Below, piece by piece: positions 41,401-51,100 of a stretch of 64,000 bases of DNA. The position numbers and the translations under genes are program-made. The stretch is taken from positions 2,592,001 through 2,656,000 of the forward strand of contig OY782781.1 of assembly GCA_963678315.1 (NCBI GenBank), read 5' to 3'. Below the pieces are notes generated by a model, which was not told the DNA's origin, made no database searches, and was given only the letters and a program-made list of their open reading frames with translations. The stretch comes from Candidatus Cloacimonadales bacterium (GTDB taxonomy: Bacteria > Cloacimonadota > Cloacimonadia > Cloacimonadales > JAFGVF01). The first letter of the stretch is position 1, and every line of letters begins with the position of its first letter.

Positions 41401-42331
41401 CAAAAATTACAAGACTTTCATTATTAACTTTTACAACTCTTTGTAAACAGTCATCTGCTTTAATAATAACTTTCTTTTCAATTTCTCCTTTAGATATTTT
41501 CCAAAATACAGTACTTTCCTTCGTCTCATAATACACAACAAAAGAATTGCCTTTACTTTCACATACCTTGATATCATTCGTAGATAATAACCCAAAGTCG
41601 ATTGGATATTCTGCAACCCCATTCTCTCCCCAATATAGATATTTATCTTGCAGTAAGATTAGCATGTTCCCATTACTATTGATTGTGTGTTTAATTATAT
41701 CTTTGCTGTTGGGAATTACAAACCTTGATTCACTTACTGGTAATCCATTATGGTCAATTTCACTATTTTGGTAGAAATCTTCATTATTTTCAATCCTATA
41801 TATATAAGATTCATTTTCTAAATAAATAACTTTGTTGCAATCAGAGTGTATTCTCCTTGATTGTTGTATGTTGTAGCTGCTTATTGATCTATCATTTACT
41901 AATCGTACACTTTGTCCAAAAACTTTTATATAATTATCATTTTCAAAGAAGATAATATCCCTCAATGTATCAATAACAGTCAGATCTTTTTTAATCTCTT
42001 CTTCAAAAATTTGTAGAGGATATTCTTTATAAATATGAGATTGATCAAAGAATTCATAGCCATTGAAAAAATAAAACTTATCAGGATCAGCCCCTTCTCC
42101 TTTCTTTCTAAAAATAGCAAAGTTATCTTTAGTCACTCCCACTAGTTCATCTAGAATAGGATTACCATTTTTGTGAAGAAAAGAAGTGGTGTAAAGAAAT
42201 GGTTTATCTTCTTTTGTTATATGTATAGCATTTTCATATATATCACTATATTCCGAATTTACCTCGTTAAGAGCACATTCCAGGCTAGTAAACATAAGTA
42301 TAATCAAGCAAATTAAGATTATGTGTTTCAT
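38498..42331 (-). CDS. Membrane sensor with SpoIIE/PP2C phosphatase output (SiaA-like, copy 2)
   Basis: Signal peptide, ~900-aa beta-rich ectodomain, Y_Y_Y-like YSFWLEGYDDDW...LPLGRYTLKL, TM helix, coiled coil, PP2C motifs VSGDF, DCTGHGVPGA, STDG, RDDIT. Confidence 0.92.
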   Translation of the reverse strand: MKHIILICLIILMFTSLECALNEVNSEYSDIYENAIHITKEDKPFLYTTSFLHKNGNPILDELVGVTKDNFAIFRKKGEGADPDKFYFFNGYEFFDQSHIYKEYPLQIFEEEIKKDLTVIDTLRDIIFFENDNYIKVFGQSVRLVNDRSISSYNIQQSRRIHSDCNKVIYLENESYIYRIENNEDFYQNSEIDHNGLPVSESRFVIPNSKDIIKHTINSNGNMLILLQDKYLYWGENGVAEYPIDFGLLSTNDIKVCESKGNSFVVYYETKESTVFWKISKGEIEKKVIIKADDCLQRVVKVNNESLVIFDIFGESKKPATSLYNIDNFKIDRNLAKKLGDRTIIDVDVTAKDVYFTISNNWDAAINKIRNQFEGKDYLWGIRNFASNNKLYEYDNELIFISKISRSLKILKNGLIETFYTFPGPNYDNEIMYKTIDINSKKKLASSYRFTQLSYYKKDEYSLTLTSRKNSQIIVKSDSSFIIIDYPFNDSPHEVYVNKDLCFIFSSEGTRVLDLKAMISSRESRFEYEIRGFYRVVDGVHADFVSEDSLSLLSIDTLDYKLYPINFNNKEMKYKYLHYINEFNCLHKDNFKQIEKQVDSMQVALKIPETITGKIKLDESTFLYHSATTVYLLENGTLYVKELINKSDTISSVRVPKGDLIPFELTNGNIKYFSLSYKDFIYLPDNNYANIYCFNDTLYVTYPDSSGTSICKVPLEGCMNNDFSKVINIGLPLLKKQEVKLLHAGQSVYCYCRNLSKVWQLKNDKAIEIASSERDKIDYIWDVLVDKNDKLWIVQQHNLLKYIEELDRFTTYDTNDYLPDQICRCTILKNNTFILVTDGGVYKFKEPTDGDYSIIVESNVQTRILYSNLNTRLYKSIFNDYRSVIFEYSDKNKVKVFASYNSLNNLRSVEYSFWLEGYDDDWSTFSKNNFKDYGILPLGRYTLKLRILSPSGNIIEQKSIPFVVIPNIIKIIIYTLIVLLLVTMLIIFIIKYRVRYLNKSKEKLEELVLIRTQELEEEKLEVMKSNNLINSSITYAATLQRSILPSDKEVCNFVKEYFSIYLPKDRVSGDFIWFYQIDKDRAICAVVDCTGHGVPGALLTIAANSIMNNVLKDSKFSSINECLEEIDNRIRNLVRDKDTGLKAGLDIGIVLIDKTIKEIEFIGARCNMFLRKDNEKLQVIKGTKRSIGDTKDIPFEAFQLSYDNQIELYLSTDGIYDMAVIEDGARKRFKQKGLIDFINQHRNISLATAKDGLSKTISDCHSQHSQRDDITVVGIRI

Positions 42332-45300
42332 ATTCTTATCCCTACAACCGTTATATCATCTCTTTGAGAGTGTTGACTATGGCAATCAGAGATTGTCTTA
42401 GATAACACATCTTTAGCAGTAGCAAGACTAATATTTCTATGTTGATTGATAAAGTCTATGAGTCCTTTTTGTTTAAATCTTTTTCTAGCACCATCTTCAA
42501 TTACAGCCATATCATAGATTCCATCTGTTGAAAGATATAATTCAATTTGATTATCATAACTCAATTGGAAGGCTTCGAAAGGTATATCTTTTGTATCACC
42601 TATACTTCTTTTTGTACCTTTGACAACTTGTAATTCTTCATTATCTTTCCTGACAAACATATTGCACCTAGCTCCTATAAACTCAATCTCTTTGATAGTC
42701 TTATCTATTAGAACAATGCCAAGATCAAGTCCAGCTTTTAAACCTGTATCTTTATCCCTAACTAAATTCCGGATACGATTATCAATTTCTTCAAGACATT
42801 CATTAATTGAACTAAATTTACTATCCTTGAGAACATTATTCATAATAGAATTAGCAGCAATTGTCAAAAGTGCTCCAGGTACCCCGTGTCCTGTACAATC
42901 AACAACTGCACAGATAGCCCTATCCTTGTCTATTTGATAGAACCAGATAAAATCTCCACTTACTCTATCTTTTGGAAGATAGATAGAGAAGTATTCTTTT
43001 ACAAAATTGCACACCTCTTTATCGGAAGGCAAAATCGATTTCTGAAGGGTCGCTGCATAGGTTATTGAGCTATGCAAAGATTTTTGTTTATTAACAATTT
43101 CTAAAGTTTGTTGATCAACTAGACTAGCCAGTCTCTTCTTATCTCTATTTATTTTTTTAACTCTTCTTACAAAAAAAGCTCTAACAATTAATACTATCGC
43201 AGTAAGCAATAAGATTACATATATAACAATAATTACAATTTGTGGACCTAATCTACTAACTCTGAAAGGATAGATATCAGTCTCAATAATCTCACCATTA
43301 TCTAATTTAATTCTAGCTTGGACACTATAACGCCCTGGTTTTAAGATACCAAATTCCCTTTCAGCATTATTATTAAATTTAGGCCAGTCTGTATCATATC
43401 CCTGTAAAAAGATGGAATACTTAATATTTTTATCTGAGTAAAAACTATTACTTTTTATCCTAATTATTGTTTTCTTGTTGGAGACATATACATATCGATC
43501 AATAGTGTTCTCATTTGAAGCCTCCAAGTCCTTAAAAACATTTCCATCTTGAACAAAAGAGAAATTAAGAAATTTGTAATCTTGTTCAGGCTCATCGAAT
43601 AAAAAAAGTCCATTATTAGATGCTATGGCAATTTGCTTGTTATATGAATGAATGGAGGTAATATTGGTTGGAACTCCATAATAGGAATCATATTGTAAAA
43701 ACTCTTTACTTTGGGAGTTATATTTCAAAAGACTATTACTAGTTGAAAACCATAAGTTCCCCTCTGAATCTTTACAAGAACTTAATACTTCACCTTTGAT
43801 TTTAAAGCTTTTAATTTCATCATTCTTAAATCTATAAATGAAATTTTGATTACCATAGATAAAAACATTTTCCCCATCACTAGCAAATGATGGATCAAAG
43901 GATTTTTGCGAGAGTCTGTAGCTTTTAACCTTATCCTTAATCTTATCTAGATATGCTAGACTATCAACAGAAACAACATTTAACCTAAATTCATTGTTAA
44001 ATGTAGTATAGAATACTAAATCATCAAAACTTTCTATATAATTACCACAAAATCCTGATAGCCAAGGCTTAAAACAATATTTATTTTCAATTACATCATA
44101 TATATTTGTAGGTAAATCTGTTTTTTGTACACTAATTACAAAAATTTGTCTATAGTTTAACTTGGAAATAGCAAGTGCCAGTAAATGATTGCTATCTTTA
44201 AAATCTGTAACTAATGAATCTGTATCAGTGTTAATTAAGTAGGTCTGCCTTTTCTCATCAAATTTTAACTCAAAGTTTCCCTTTTCTTCTAGCTCAAATA
44301 CATATTTTGACAACTTTAATAAATTTTCTTTTGCTATCTGTTTAGGATAAATAGAATCTATAGAAAAAGATAATGTATCGACTAATAAAAAAGATTCTTC
44401 ACTTATCTCAATAAATCTTTTGCTTGTTTTGGGGAAAGTTACGTTTATCGAGTCAATGAAATTTTTAAAACTTTCATGTTCTCTAAGGTTTAGCTTTTCA
44501 CAAGGATGAAAAGCGATATAACTGTTATTATCTATAGAAAATAATCCCTTGTCATTTGATAAAATACTCTCAATAACTTTATCATCAAGCATTCTTATTG
44601 TGTTGTTGGAATTCTTTATTTTATAAAATGCTCTGTTAGTAAAACAGAGACTAATCTTACCAAAAGTCTGCATTAATTTGATTTCTTCCTGATGAGGAAA
44701 AATGATTAATTTACTTTCATCAAGATATTTAGTTCCAATATAAGATGTATTCTCCAGCTCTGAAACAAAAGAAAATTCATCAAAGCTTTTATAAGCAAGT
44801 TGTTTAATGACTCCAAGATTCGTGATAAGATAATTGTTCTGAGCAATAAGTAATTCATATGAGCTGTTAATATTACTTCCAATCGAAAGTGATCCTATCT
44901 TCCTTGTTATGTGACTATTAATAACAGCTGTTGTAATTAGTTCTTTTGTTGAGTCTATTTTTGGAAAAGATTTATAAGGAACTTCTTTTATTGCTTTAAG
45001 TTGTCCCTGACAATACTGAAAAATAGTTGGACCAGATGATTCTTTTTCTTTTGCTAAAATGAAGAGACTATTTTCAGCTGTGCAAAAATCATAAATTTGG
45101 TTTACTCCTAAACTTGATAATAGATCATCTTTATTTTTTATCTGCAAGTTATCTTTATCTAATAGCCAATATTTACAATAATAGTTTTCATCGTCAGTTT
45201 CGTAAAGCGTTTTAATCAAAACAATAGTATTATACTCTGGTAAGATGAAGTATTTATCAAAAGAACCATTTGCGCTGTTTTTTTGTGTTATTTTTCCAGA

Positions 45301-46098
45301 TTCTACATTTAATATTTCTAATGAGTCACTTTCACTTCTGTGGGAATAAGTAATTTTATCTTCACTAAAATCAAGTAATTGCAAGTATTTTCCTACTGGA
45401 TGAGTAAGAGAGTATTTTCTGATTTCTTCATCCCAGACAAAATAAGCATCATCTGAGACAGCACAAGCCACACCTAAGCTATCTACTTCAAACTTAATAT
45501 CATTTGGAAAATGTACCTTTTCAACACAGTCATTCAAATTCCGATTAGTAAACTTACTAAAGTCTATTCTACATATATAGTCTTTTTCTCTAAAATACAA
45601 TCGATTATTAATCGTTTTAGAAATTGGAATGGGATGTTCAGCCTTATGAAATCCATATCTTTCATCCGCTTTAATTTCAAATCTATCGTTATAAAACTGC
45701 AGGTAAGAGCTTTCATCGATTTTTGCCACATACTTGAGTGTATCTTGATATTCATAATCAATCTTAGACAAAGTTAACCCTTTAACACTATAATCGCTAA
45801 TTTGAAATGTTACATCTTGAACATGAATACCATCGAATTTATAGTATCTAGCAAAGTTTTCATCATCAGCATCAGGATTCTTTTTAAGCCAAATGTAGCC
45901 TTCATAGTCTTGAAATAGAGCTTTATCAACTTCTGGGAATCCATCTTTTTGAGAATACTTAGTGATATACTGATAAGAATCTTCAACTCTAGATATAAGA
46001 CTACATTCATCCTTAAAAGACTTGAAATTCTCTGTATTAGCAGATAAGACAACAACTGCAAGAAGAGGACAAATTACCAATAACCACCTTATTTTCAT
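42328..46098 (-). CDS. Membrane sensor with SpoIIE/PP2C phosphatase output (SiaA-like, copy 1)
   Basis: Same architecture (DSEGNLWFST propeller blade, YSIFLQGYDTDW...LKPGRYSV, TM helix, intact PP2C motifs). Start is ATG 46098 after GAGG, or 46110. Confidence 0.92.
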   Translation of the reverse strand: MKIRWLLVICPLLAVVVLSANTENFKSFKDECSLISRVEDSYQYITKYSQKDGFPEVDKALFQDYEGYIWLKKNPDADDENFARYYKFDGIHVQDVTFQISDYSVKGLTLSKIDYEYQDTLKYVAKIDESSYLQFYNDRFEIKADERYGFHKAEHPIPISKTINNRLYFREKDYICRIDFSKFTNRNLNDCVEKVHFPNDIKFEVDSLGVACAVSDDAYFVWDEEIRKYSLTHPVGKYLQLLDFSEDKITYSHRSESDSLEILNVESGKITQKNSANGSFDKYFILPEYNTIVLIKTLYETDDENYYCKYWLLDKDNLQIKNKDDLLSSLGVNQIYDFCTAENSLFILAKEKESSGPTIFQYCQGQLKAIKEVPYKSFPKIDSTKELITTAVINSHITRKIGSLSIGSNINSSYELLIAQNNYLITNLGVIKQLAYKSFDEFSFVSELENTSYIGTKYLDESKLIIFPHQEEIKLMQTFGKISLCFTNRAFYKIKNSNNTIRMLDDKVIESILSNDKGLFSIDNNSYIAFHPCEKLNLREHESFKNFIDSINVTFPKTSKRFIEISEESFLLVDTLSFSIDSIYPKQIAKENLLKLSKYVFELEEKGNFELKFDEKRQTYLINTDTDSLVTDFKDSNHLLALAISKLNYRQIFVISVQKTDLPTNIYDVIENKYCFKPWLSGFCGNYIESFDDLVFYTTFNNEFRLNVVSVDSLAYLDKIKDKVKSYRLSQKSFDPSFASDGENVFIYGNQNFIYRFKNDEIKSFKIKGEVLSSCKDSEGNLWFSTSNSLLKYNSQSKEFLQYDSYYGVPTNITSIHSYNKQIAIASNNGLFLFDEPEQDYKFLNFSFVQDGNVFKDLEASNENTIDRYVYVSNKKTIIRIKSNSFYSDKNIKYSIFLQGYDTDWPKFNNNAEREFGILKPGRYSVQARIKLDNGEIIETDIYPFRVSRLGPQIVIIVIYVILLLTAIVLIVRAFFVRRVKKINRDKKRLASLVDQQTLEIVNKQKSLHSSITYAATLQKSILPSDKEVCNFVKEYFSIYLPKDRVSGDFIWFYQIDKDRAICAVVDCTGHGVPGALLTIAANSIMNNVLKDSKFSSINECLEEIDNRIRNLVRDKDTGLKAGLDLGIVLIDKTIKEIEFIGARCNMFVRKDNEELQVVKGTKRSIGDTKDIPFEAFQLSYDNQIELYLSTDGIYDMAVIEDGARKRFKQKGLIDFINQHRNISLATAKDVLSKTISDCHSQHSQRDDITVVGIRI

Positions 46099-46123
46099 AC
46101 CAAACCTCATTTAATATTAAAGA

Positions 46124-47074
46124 CTAGTAAACTTTTTCTAACAACCTTAAAATATTTTCTTTTGTAGCTTTAGATTTATCAATGATCAGCTTATCTCCCT
46201 CAATTCTATAAGCATTTTCAATGTCTTCTTTTTCAGATTTGAAGGTAATCAACTGGTGAGTTATCTTAGGATGGTTAAATCCTTTCAATATTTTTTCATC
46301 TGGAGGATTGCAGTTGATATATTCTTGAGCTATTCCCCATGTAGTATGGCAAATCTGTATTTCATCAACTTCGGCACTCTGTTCAAGTCTGGAAGCTAGA
46401 TTAACGGTTTTACCACTTATTGTATAATCCATCCTTTCAGATGAACCAAAGTTACCCACCATACACCAGCCAGTAGCAATTCCGATTCTTATATGAAATG
46501 GTTGTTCATAGCCCATCAGAAACCACTTTTTACGAATTGTCTTCATCTTCTCTCTCATCTCATAAGACATTTGAAGGCAATTCTTAACATTATCTTCTAT
46601 ACTTGAATTACCTGGAGCTCCAAAAAAAACCATGATAGCATCACCAATATACTTATCTAATGTACCACCATATTTATTAACAATAATGGTCATCTCCTCT
46701 AAGTAGCTATTGAGGAATTCGGAGAGCGTTTCTCCGTCCATCTCTGAGGTAATTGTACTAAAACTCTTTATATCAGAAAAGAAAACTGTTATATTTTTCC
46801 TTACTGTTTGATAGTTTTCTGCAAGCTCTCTTCCTTTGACGATATTTTTATAGAGTTGTTGTGATACATATTTCTTTAGTCTGTGTTCAATTCTTCTGAG
46901 TTTAGCAGACTGCTTATCATTGTGTTTAGTTAGCATTTTAATCTGTTTAAGTAATTTGGAATACTCAAGCATTAATTGACCGAACTTTTCTTTACAAACT
47001 TTATCACTAATTTTATCTACATCTATATCTGACAGATCAGCTATGAATTTTGATTCTTTCTCAAACATACTCAT
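46124..47074 (-). CDS. Soluble class III adenylate cyclase with N-terminal helical stalk
   Basis: FSDIKSFS (metal Asp), LDKYIGDA (Lys and second Asp), RIGI, DYT (Thr), VNLASRL (Asn, Arg). Confidence 0.93.
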   Translation of the reverse strand: MSMFEKESKFIADLSDIDVDKISDKVCKEKFGQLMLEYSKLLKQIKMLTKHNDKQSAKLRRIEHRLKKYVSQQLYKNIVKGRELAENYQTVRKNITVFFSDIKSFSTITSEMDGETLSEFLNSYLEEMTIIVNKYGGTLDKYIGDAIMVFFGAPGNSSIEDNVKNCLQMSYEMREKMKTIRKKWFLMGYEQPFHIRIGIATGWCMVGNFGSSERMDYTISGKTVNLASRLEQSAEVDEIQICHTTWGIAQEYINCNPPDEKILKGFNHPKITHQLITFKSEKEDIENAYRIEGDKLIIDKSKATKENILRLLEKVY

Positions 47075-47077
47075 AAT

Positions 47078-47449
47078 CTAATAGCCAATATAATCAATAT
47101 TTAAATGAGTTTCATCAGTCAAATCTTCACCAGTCTCTTTAAGATCTTCATCATCTTCAGGATATCTCCATTTAATTTTAATTGATTTTCCAGAATCAGC
47201 CATCTCTTGAAAATACTGTATTAAATCGTAGATTGACTTATAAGAACTACTATTAAGATATTCAATATCGAATACAATTTCAGCAGAATCTTTCATTGTG
47301 AAGTATTCAGTTACCCAATTGACAACAGGTTCAAAAAACTCAAGTGTATTTTCAGGATAAGACTCACCTTCAAAAGATAAAACTTCCTTATTATAATCTA
47401 GATCTATTTTTAAGGTTTGTTCTGTTGCTTCTATATTTAAATTGTTCAT
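47078..47449 (-). CDS. siaC: SiaC-family (DUF1987) regulatory phosphoprotein
   Basis: LSFEGESYPEN..EFFEPV..W, YLNSSSYK, I.W.Y...DED..E.GE match the SiaC family pattern. Confidence 0.92.
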   Translation of the reverse strand: MNNLNIEATEQTLKIDLDYNKEVLSFEGESYPENTLEFFEPVVNWVTEYFTMKDSAEIVFDIEYLNSSSYKSIYDLIQYFQEMADSGKSIKIKWRYPEDDEDLKETGEDLTDETHLNIDYIGY

Positions 47450-47991
47450 ATATTCTCCTTATTCATTGTTACTTGGATTTTTAGAAAGTAATAATCCTCA
47501 TTAACTTGCTTGAAATCATAATCAATCTTAGATTTAGATTTTAAGGCAACTTCAACAAGCCCAAACCCAGCACCTTCTCTCTTTCTCTCTTTTTTTAATG
47601 CTTGCTTTTTCATTAGAGTTAGTTCATCTGTAGATTTGCTATTTATCATATCCAAATAAGTAGAGATTGCATCAATTTTATTTTTATGAACTGCATTTCC
47701 TGATTGTACAACGAAACAATTGTTTTCTTCATAAACATGCATAATACCTTCACTTACTATATGTGAGTCATGTTCTGTTCTGTTGGCTGAATAATGTACT
47801 ATATTTTGGGCCATTTCAACAAAAACAGAAAATATCCTTCTACTTAATTTTTTTTCTTTGCCAAATAACTTTGATTTAAGGGATTTAGCTAAATCATTAT
47901 AAATATCTTCTGCAAAATTACCACAAAATATAACTATTGTCTTCTTATTTTCCCGAGTAAACATATTGTAAATATCGAATAAATCTGACAT
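47446..47991 (-). CDS. siaB: SiaB-family protein kinase (DUF6272, GHKL-like)
   Basis: IFSVFVEMAQNIVHYS, QSGN, GAGFGLVEVA..S; ATGA-coupled to siaC. Confidence 0.92.
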   Translation of the reverse strand: MSDLFDIYNMFTRENKKTIVIFCGNFAEDIYNDLAKSLKSKLFGKEKKLSRRIFSVFVEMAQNIVHYSANRTEHDSHIVSEGIMHVYEENNCFVVQSGNAVHKNKIDAISTYLDMINSKSTDELTLMKKQALKKERKREGAGFGLVEVALKSKSKIDYDFKQVNEDYYFLKIQVTMNKENI

Positions 47992-48035
47992 AATATCTCC
48001 TTGGATATTTATTATCTGTTAGCAAACGTTTATTA

Positions 48036-48063
48036 ATTATTAGTTTAGATTATTTTTTGTCAA
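48036..48063 (-). promoter_or_regulatory. Putative promoter of the siaB operon
   Basis: TTGACA-16 nt-AATAAT; AAGGAG SD before siaB. Confidence 0.45.
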
Positions 48064-48121
48064 GTTATTATTGCATCTTCTTTAGCTACTATAATCAGTT
48101 AGTAAACTAAATATTAGTGTA

Positions 48122-51100
48122 TTATTGAACTTTACTTTTCATTCTATCTAGCTGTTGCTGAGTTATAGTTGTAAAGTTTTTATCTTTTGCTTTCAAAAAC
48201 AGTTGATTAGCTAGTGACAGCTTTTCAATACCAGCTTGAATATTCTTAGTAATTTCAAGTGTTATTCCCCAATTAAATAGAGCCTTGCCTTCTCCAATTA
48301 CATCTCCTATCTGGTTAAGAGATGATTGTTGCCTTGAATAGTATTCTACTGCTTTCTCAAAATCCTTTTTCTCTCTATATACATTTGCTAGATTTCCGAT
48401 AGTATGTGCAATTCCCTCAATATCATTCAACTCTTCCTGGATTTTTAAATTCTGCTCATATATATATTTGGCTTTATCAATTTTACCTTGCATAAAAAAA
48501 GCATCTCCCAAGCCATCATTGCAAAAAGTTACTCCAACTCTATCGCCAATCTCTTCAGCTATAAGCTTTGCTTTATTCAAAAAATCACAGGATTGGTTAG
48601 GTTCATTTATTACATTCTTAATATAACCCATATTGTATAAAACTGTATGTTCTTGTTGTCTATCACCAATATATCTAGCGATTTTTAAACATACTTCTAA
48701 ATTTTCTTGGGCTTTTTGATCTTGCCCTTCTGCAAATTGAATCATCGCTAGTTCAGTGAGCACTTTTGAATAACCATTTTTATCACCAATCTCTTCTGCG
48801 ATTTTATAAGCCTTACTGTAATAATCAATCGCTAATTGAGGATTACCTGTCCTTATAGATATTGTCCCTAAAGATGTGTAAGCAATTCTAATGTATAGCT
48901 TTTTATTCTCAGCTATAGCTAAATCAAGAAGCTTAGAATAGTAGTATTTAGCATTTTCATAATTTGCTTTATCGAGATAAAATTGTCCTTGAACTGAATT
49001 TAAAAGAATCTTATTTACTATAGATAAACTTTTTTCTTCTGAATTTAGCATATCACGAGTTTTGATGAATTCGTCATCTAGTGAGCAAGCCCTATAAAAG
49101 TCTAAGGCAGTTAAACGTATACGGTTTAAAATTTCTAAAGATTTTATCTTTTTTAAAGCCTTTGCATAAACTGAAGAAAATCTCTTAAAATCCTTTTTCA
49201 ATTCATAGAAGCGTAAAATATTTTGAAGATATCTATCCTGCTGAAAATCTCTTAATTTATCGAAACGTAATACTTTAAGAATTTCTTTAATTTCACTAAC
49301 ATCCCCTCTGATAAGTAATAACTCTAAATATTCCAACCTTAAACTGTTTTTGATACTTTTATCAAGAGTATTATCTATAGCAATTTTGTAGTAATAACTT
49401 GAGTCAACAAATGCAGAAATTGAATAATTCTTTTCAGCCGCTAATTTACACCAAAATGCAATTTCAGCTTTTATATCAGCTAAAATATAGTGATTAGCAA
49501 TTATTTCATAATATTCATATTGGTTATCTGAGAAATTATTGATATAAAACTCAGCAATCTTAACATGCATAGATTTTTTTTCTTTATGCAGTATAGTTCG
49601 ATAAATTGCCTCCCGCATAGTTTTATTATTGAATAAATACTCAACTTCTGGTAACATTTTCTTTTCAAGTATGTATTTATCTGCTGATAACTTAATCAAA
49701 ACATCTTCAATATGGATATTTATCTGTTTATCCGTTAATTTTTTAATCATACTATTAGAAAAACTTACTCCAATAATCGATGCATATTTAAGAATACTTT
49801 TTGATTCTTGCGACAGTTTTTCAAACTGATTAAGCAGTAAATTTTCATAGCTCTTAGGAATAATATTTTTTTGGATTAATTGGTTCAAATCAGCAAGATT
49901 AAAAATAGCTCTATTGTTATCCCAATTAGATTTTATTATCCTTAATGTATCAACGGTGTATGCTGGATTCCTATCTGTTAGATCAAGTAAATTACTTATT
50001 GCTTGATTCGATATTTTAATCTCAAGACTTTTAGCTAAGCTTCTAGTTATATTCTCTGTGAACTTCTTTGTTCTAAATAAGGCTGGATTACATTTATCTA
50101 AATCTTTTACATCTGACTTATCTCTACTTGTTAAGATAATCTTTATTCCAAGATTTGAAAGTTTTGATACAACTACACTACAAAGGAGTTTAGAAAACTG
50201 ATCTAGCCATTGATAATTATCAATAACAAATACTTTGTAGTCTTTGAGCAGAAACAAGAACATTTCTGAAAATATGTCAATAATAAGCCCTAAGTTGATT
50301 TTATCATCCCTTTTTAACAGATAATCCTCAATTAACTGATAACTAACATGCAAATCATTTTGATCAATGAAATCCTTAATAATTAATCTGTCGTTTATTA
50401 TATTAGTAATATTCAGTTTAATATTGAACAGCTGGTAAACTAAGTTCAAGGGTCTAAGACCATCATGTTCAGAGAGAGAGAATAAAAATACATCATTAGA
50501 AACATAGTTATGCTTAAGATAAGTGTGCGTTAATAATGATTTCCCTGATCCTGATTCCCCATATACAATGTTAATCATGGGTTTGAACAGAGAAGTAATA
50601 TCATCATAACCTAAAAGTTCTACATTTGCATACCTTTTGTTAAAGATATCCCATGTATCAGATATTTCTTTCGTTATATGAAATATCGAGATATCCTCAG
50701 CAATACCTTTGACTTTAACTCTTTTCAATAGTTCTGTTTCAAATCGACCAACCAGATGTTCTAAAATTTCTTTCGAGAAAGTAACCTTGCCATATTCAGA
50801 CTCATTCATAAGTCTTGCTGCGATATTTACAGCATTACCAATTATGCCATATTCAAAGCGATTCTTTGCTCCTAGTATTCCAGCAAATACCTTATTATAT
50901 GTTAATCCTATTTTAGATTTTATAAACATACTAGGAAGTTCAACAATACGTTTTGAACACACGAAAGCTCTTTGAATATCATCTTGATGAGTATTAGGTA
51001 ATCCAAATGAGATTAAAACTACGTATCCTTTATCACTATAGTCAATTTTATTGATTAATCCATCATAATAATATACAATATCTTGCACTTGCTTGTAATA

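Noticed and set aside
38498..43071. Diversity-generating retroelement TR/VR pair
   Set aside because: Both copies are coding, the differences are mostly synonymous and not adenine-restricted, and no reverse transcriptase is present in the window.
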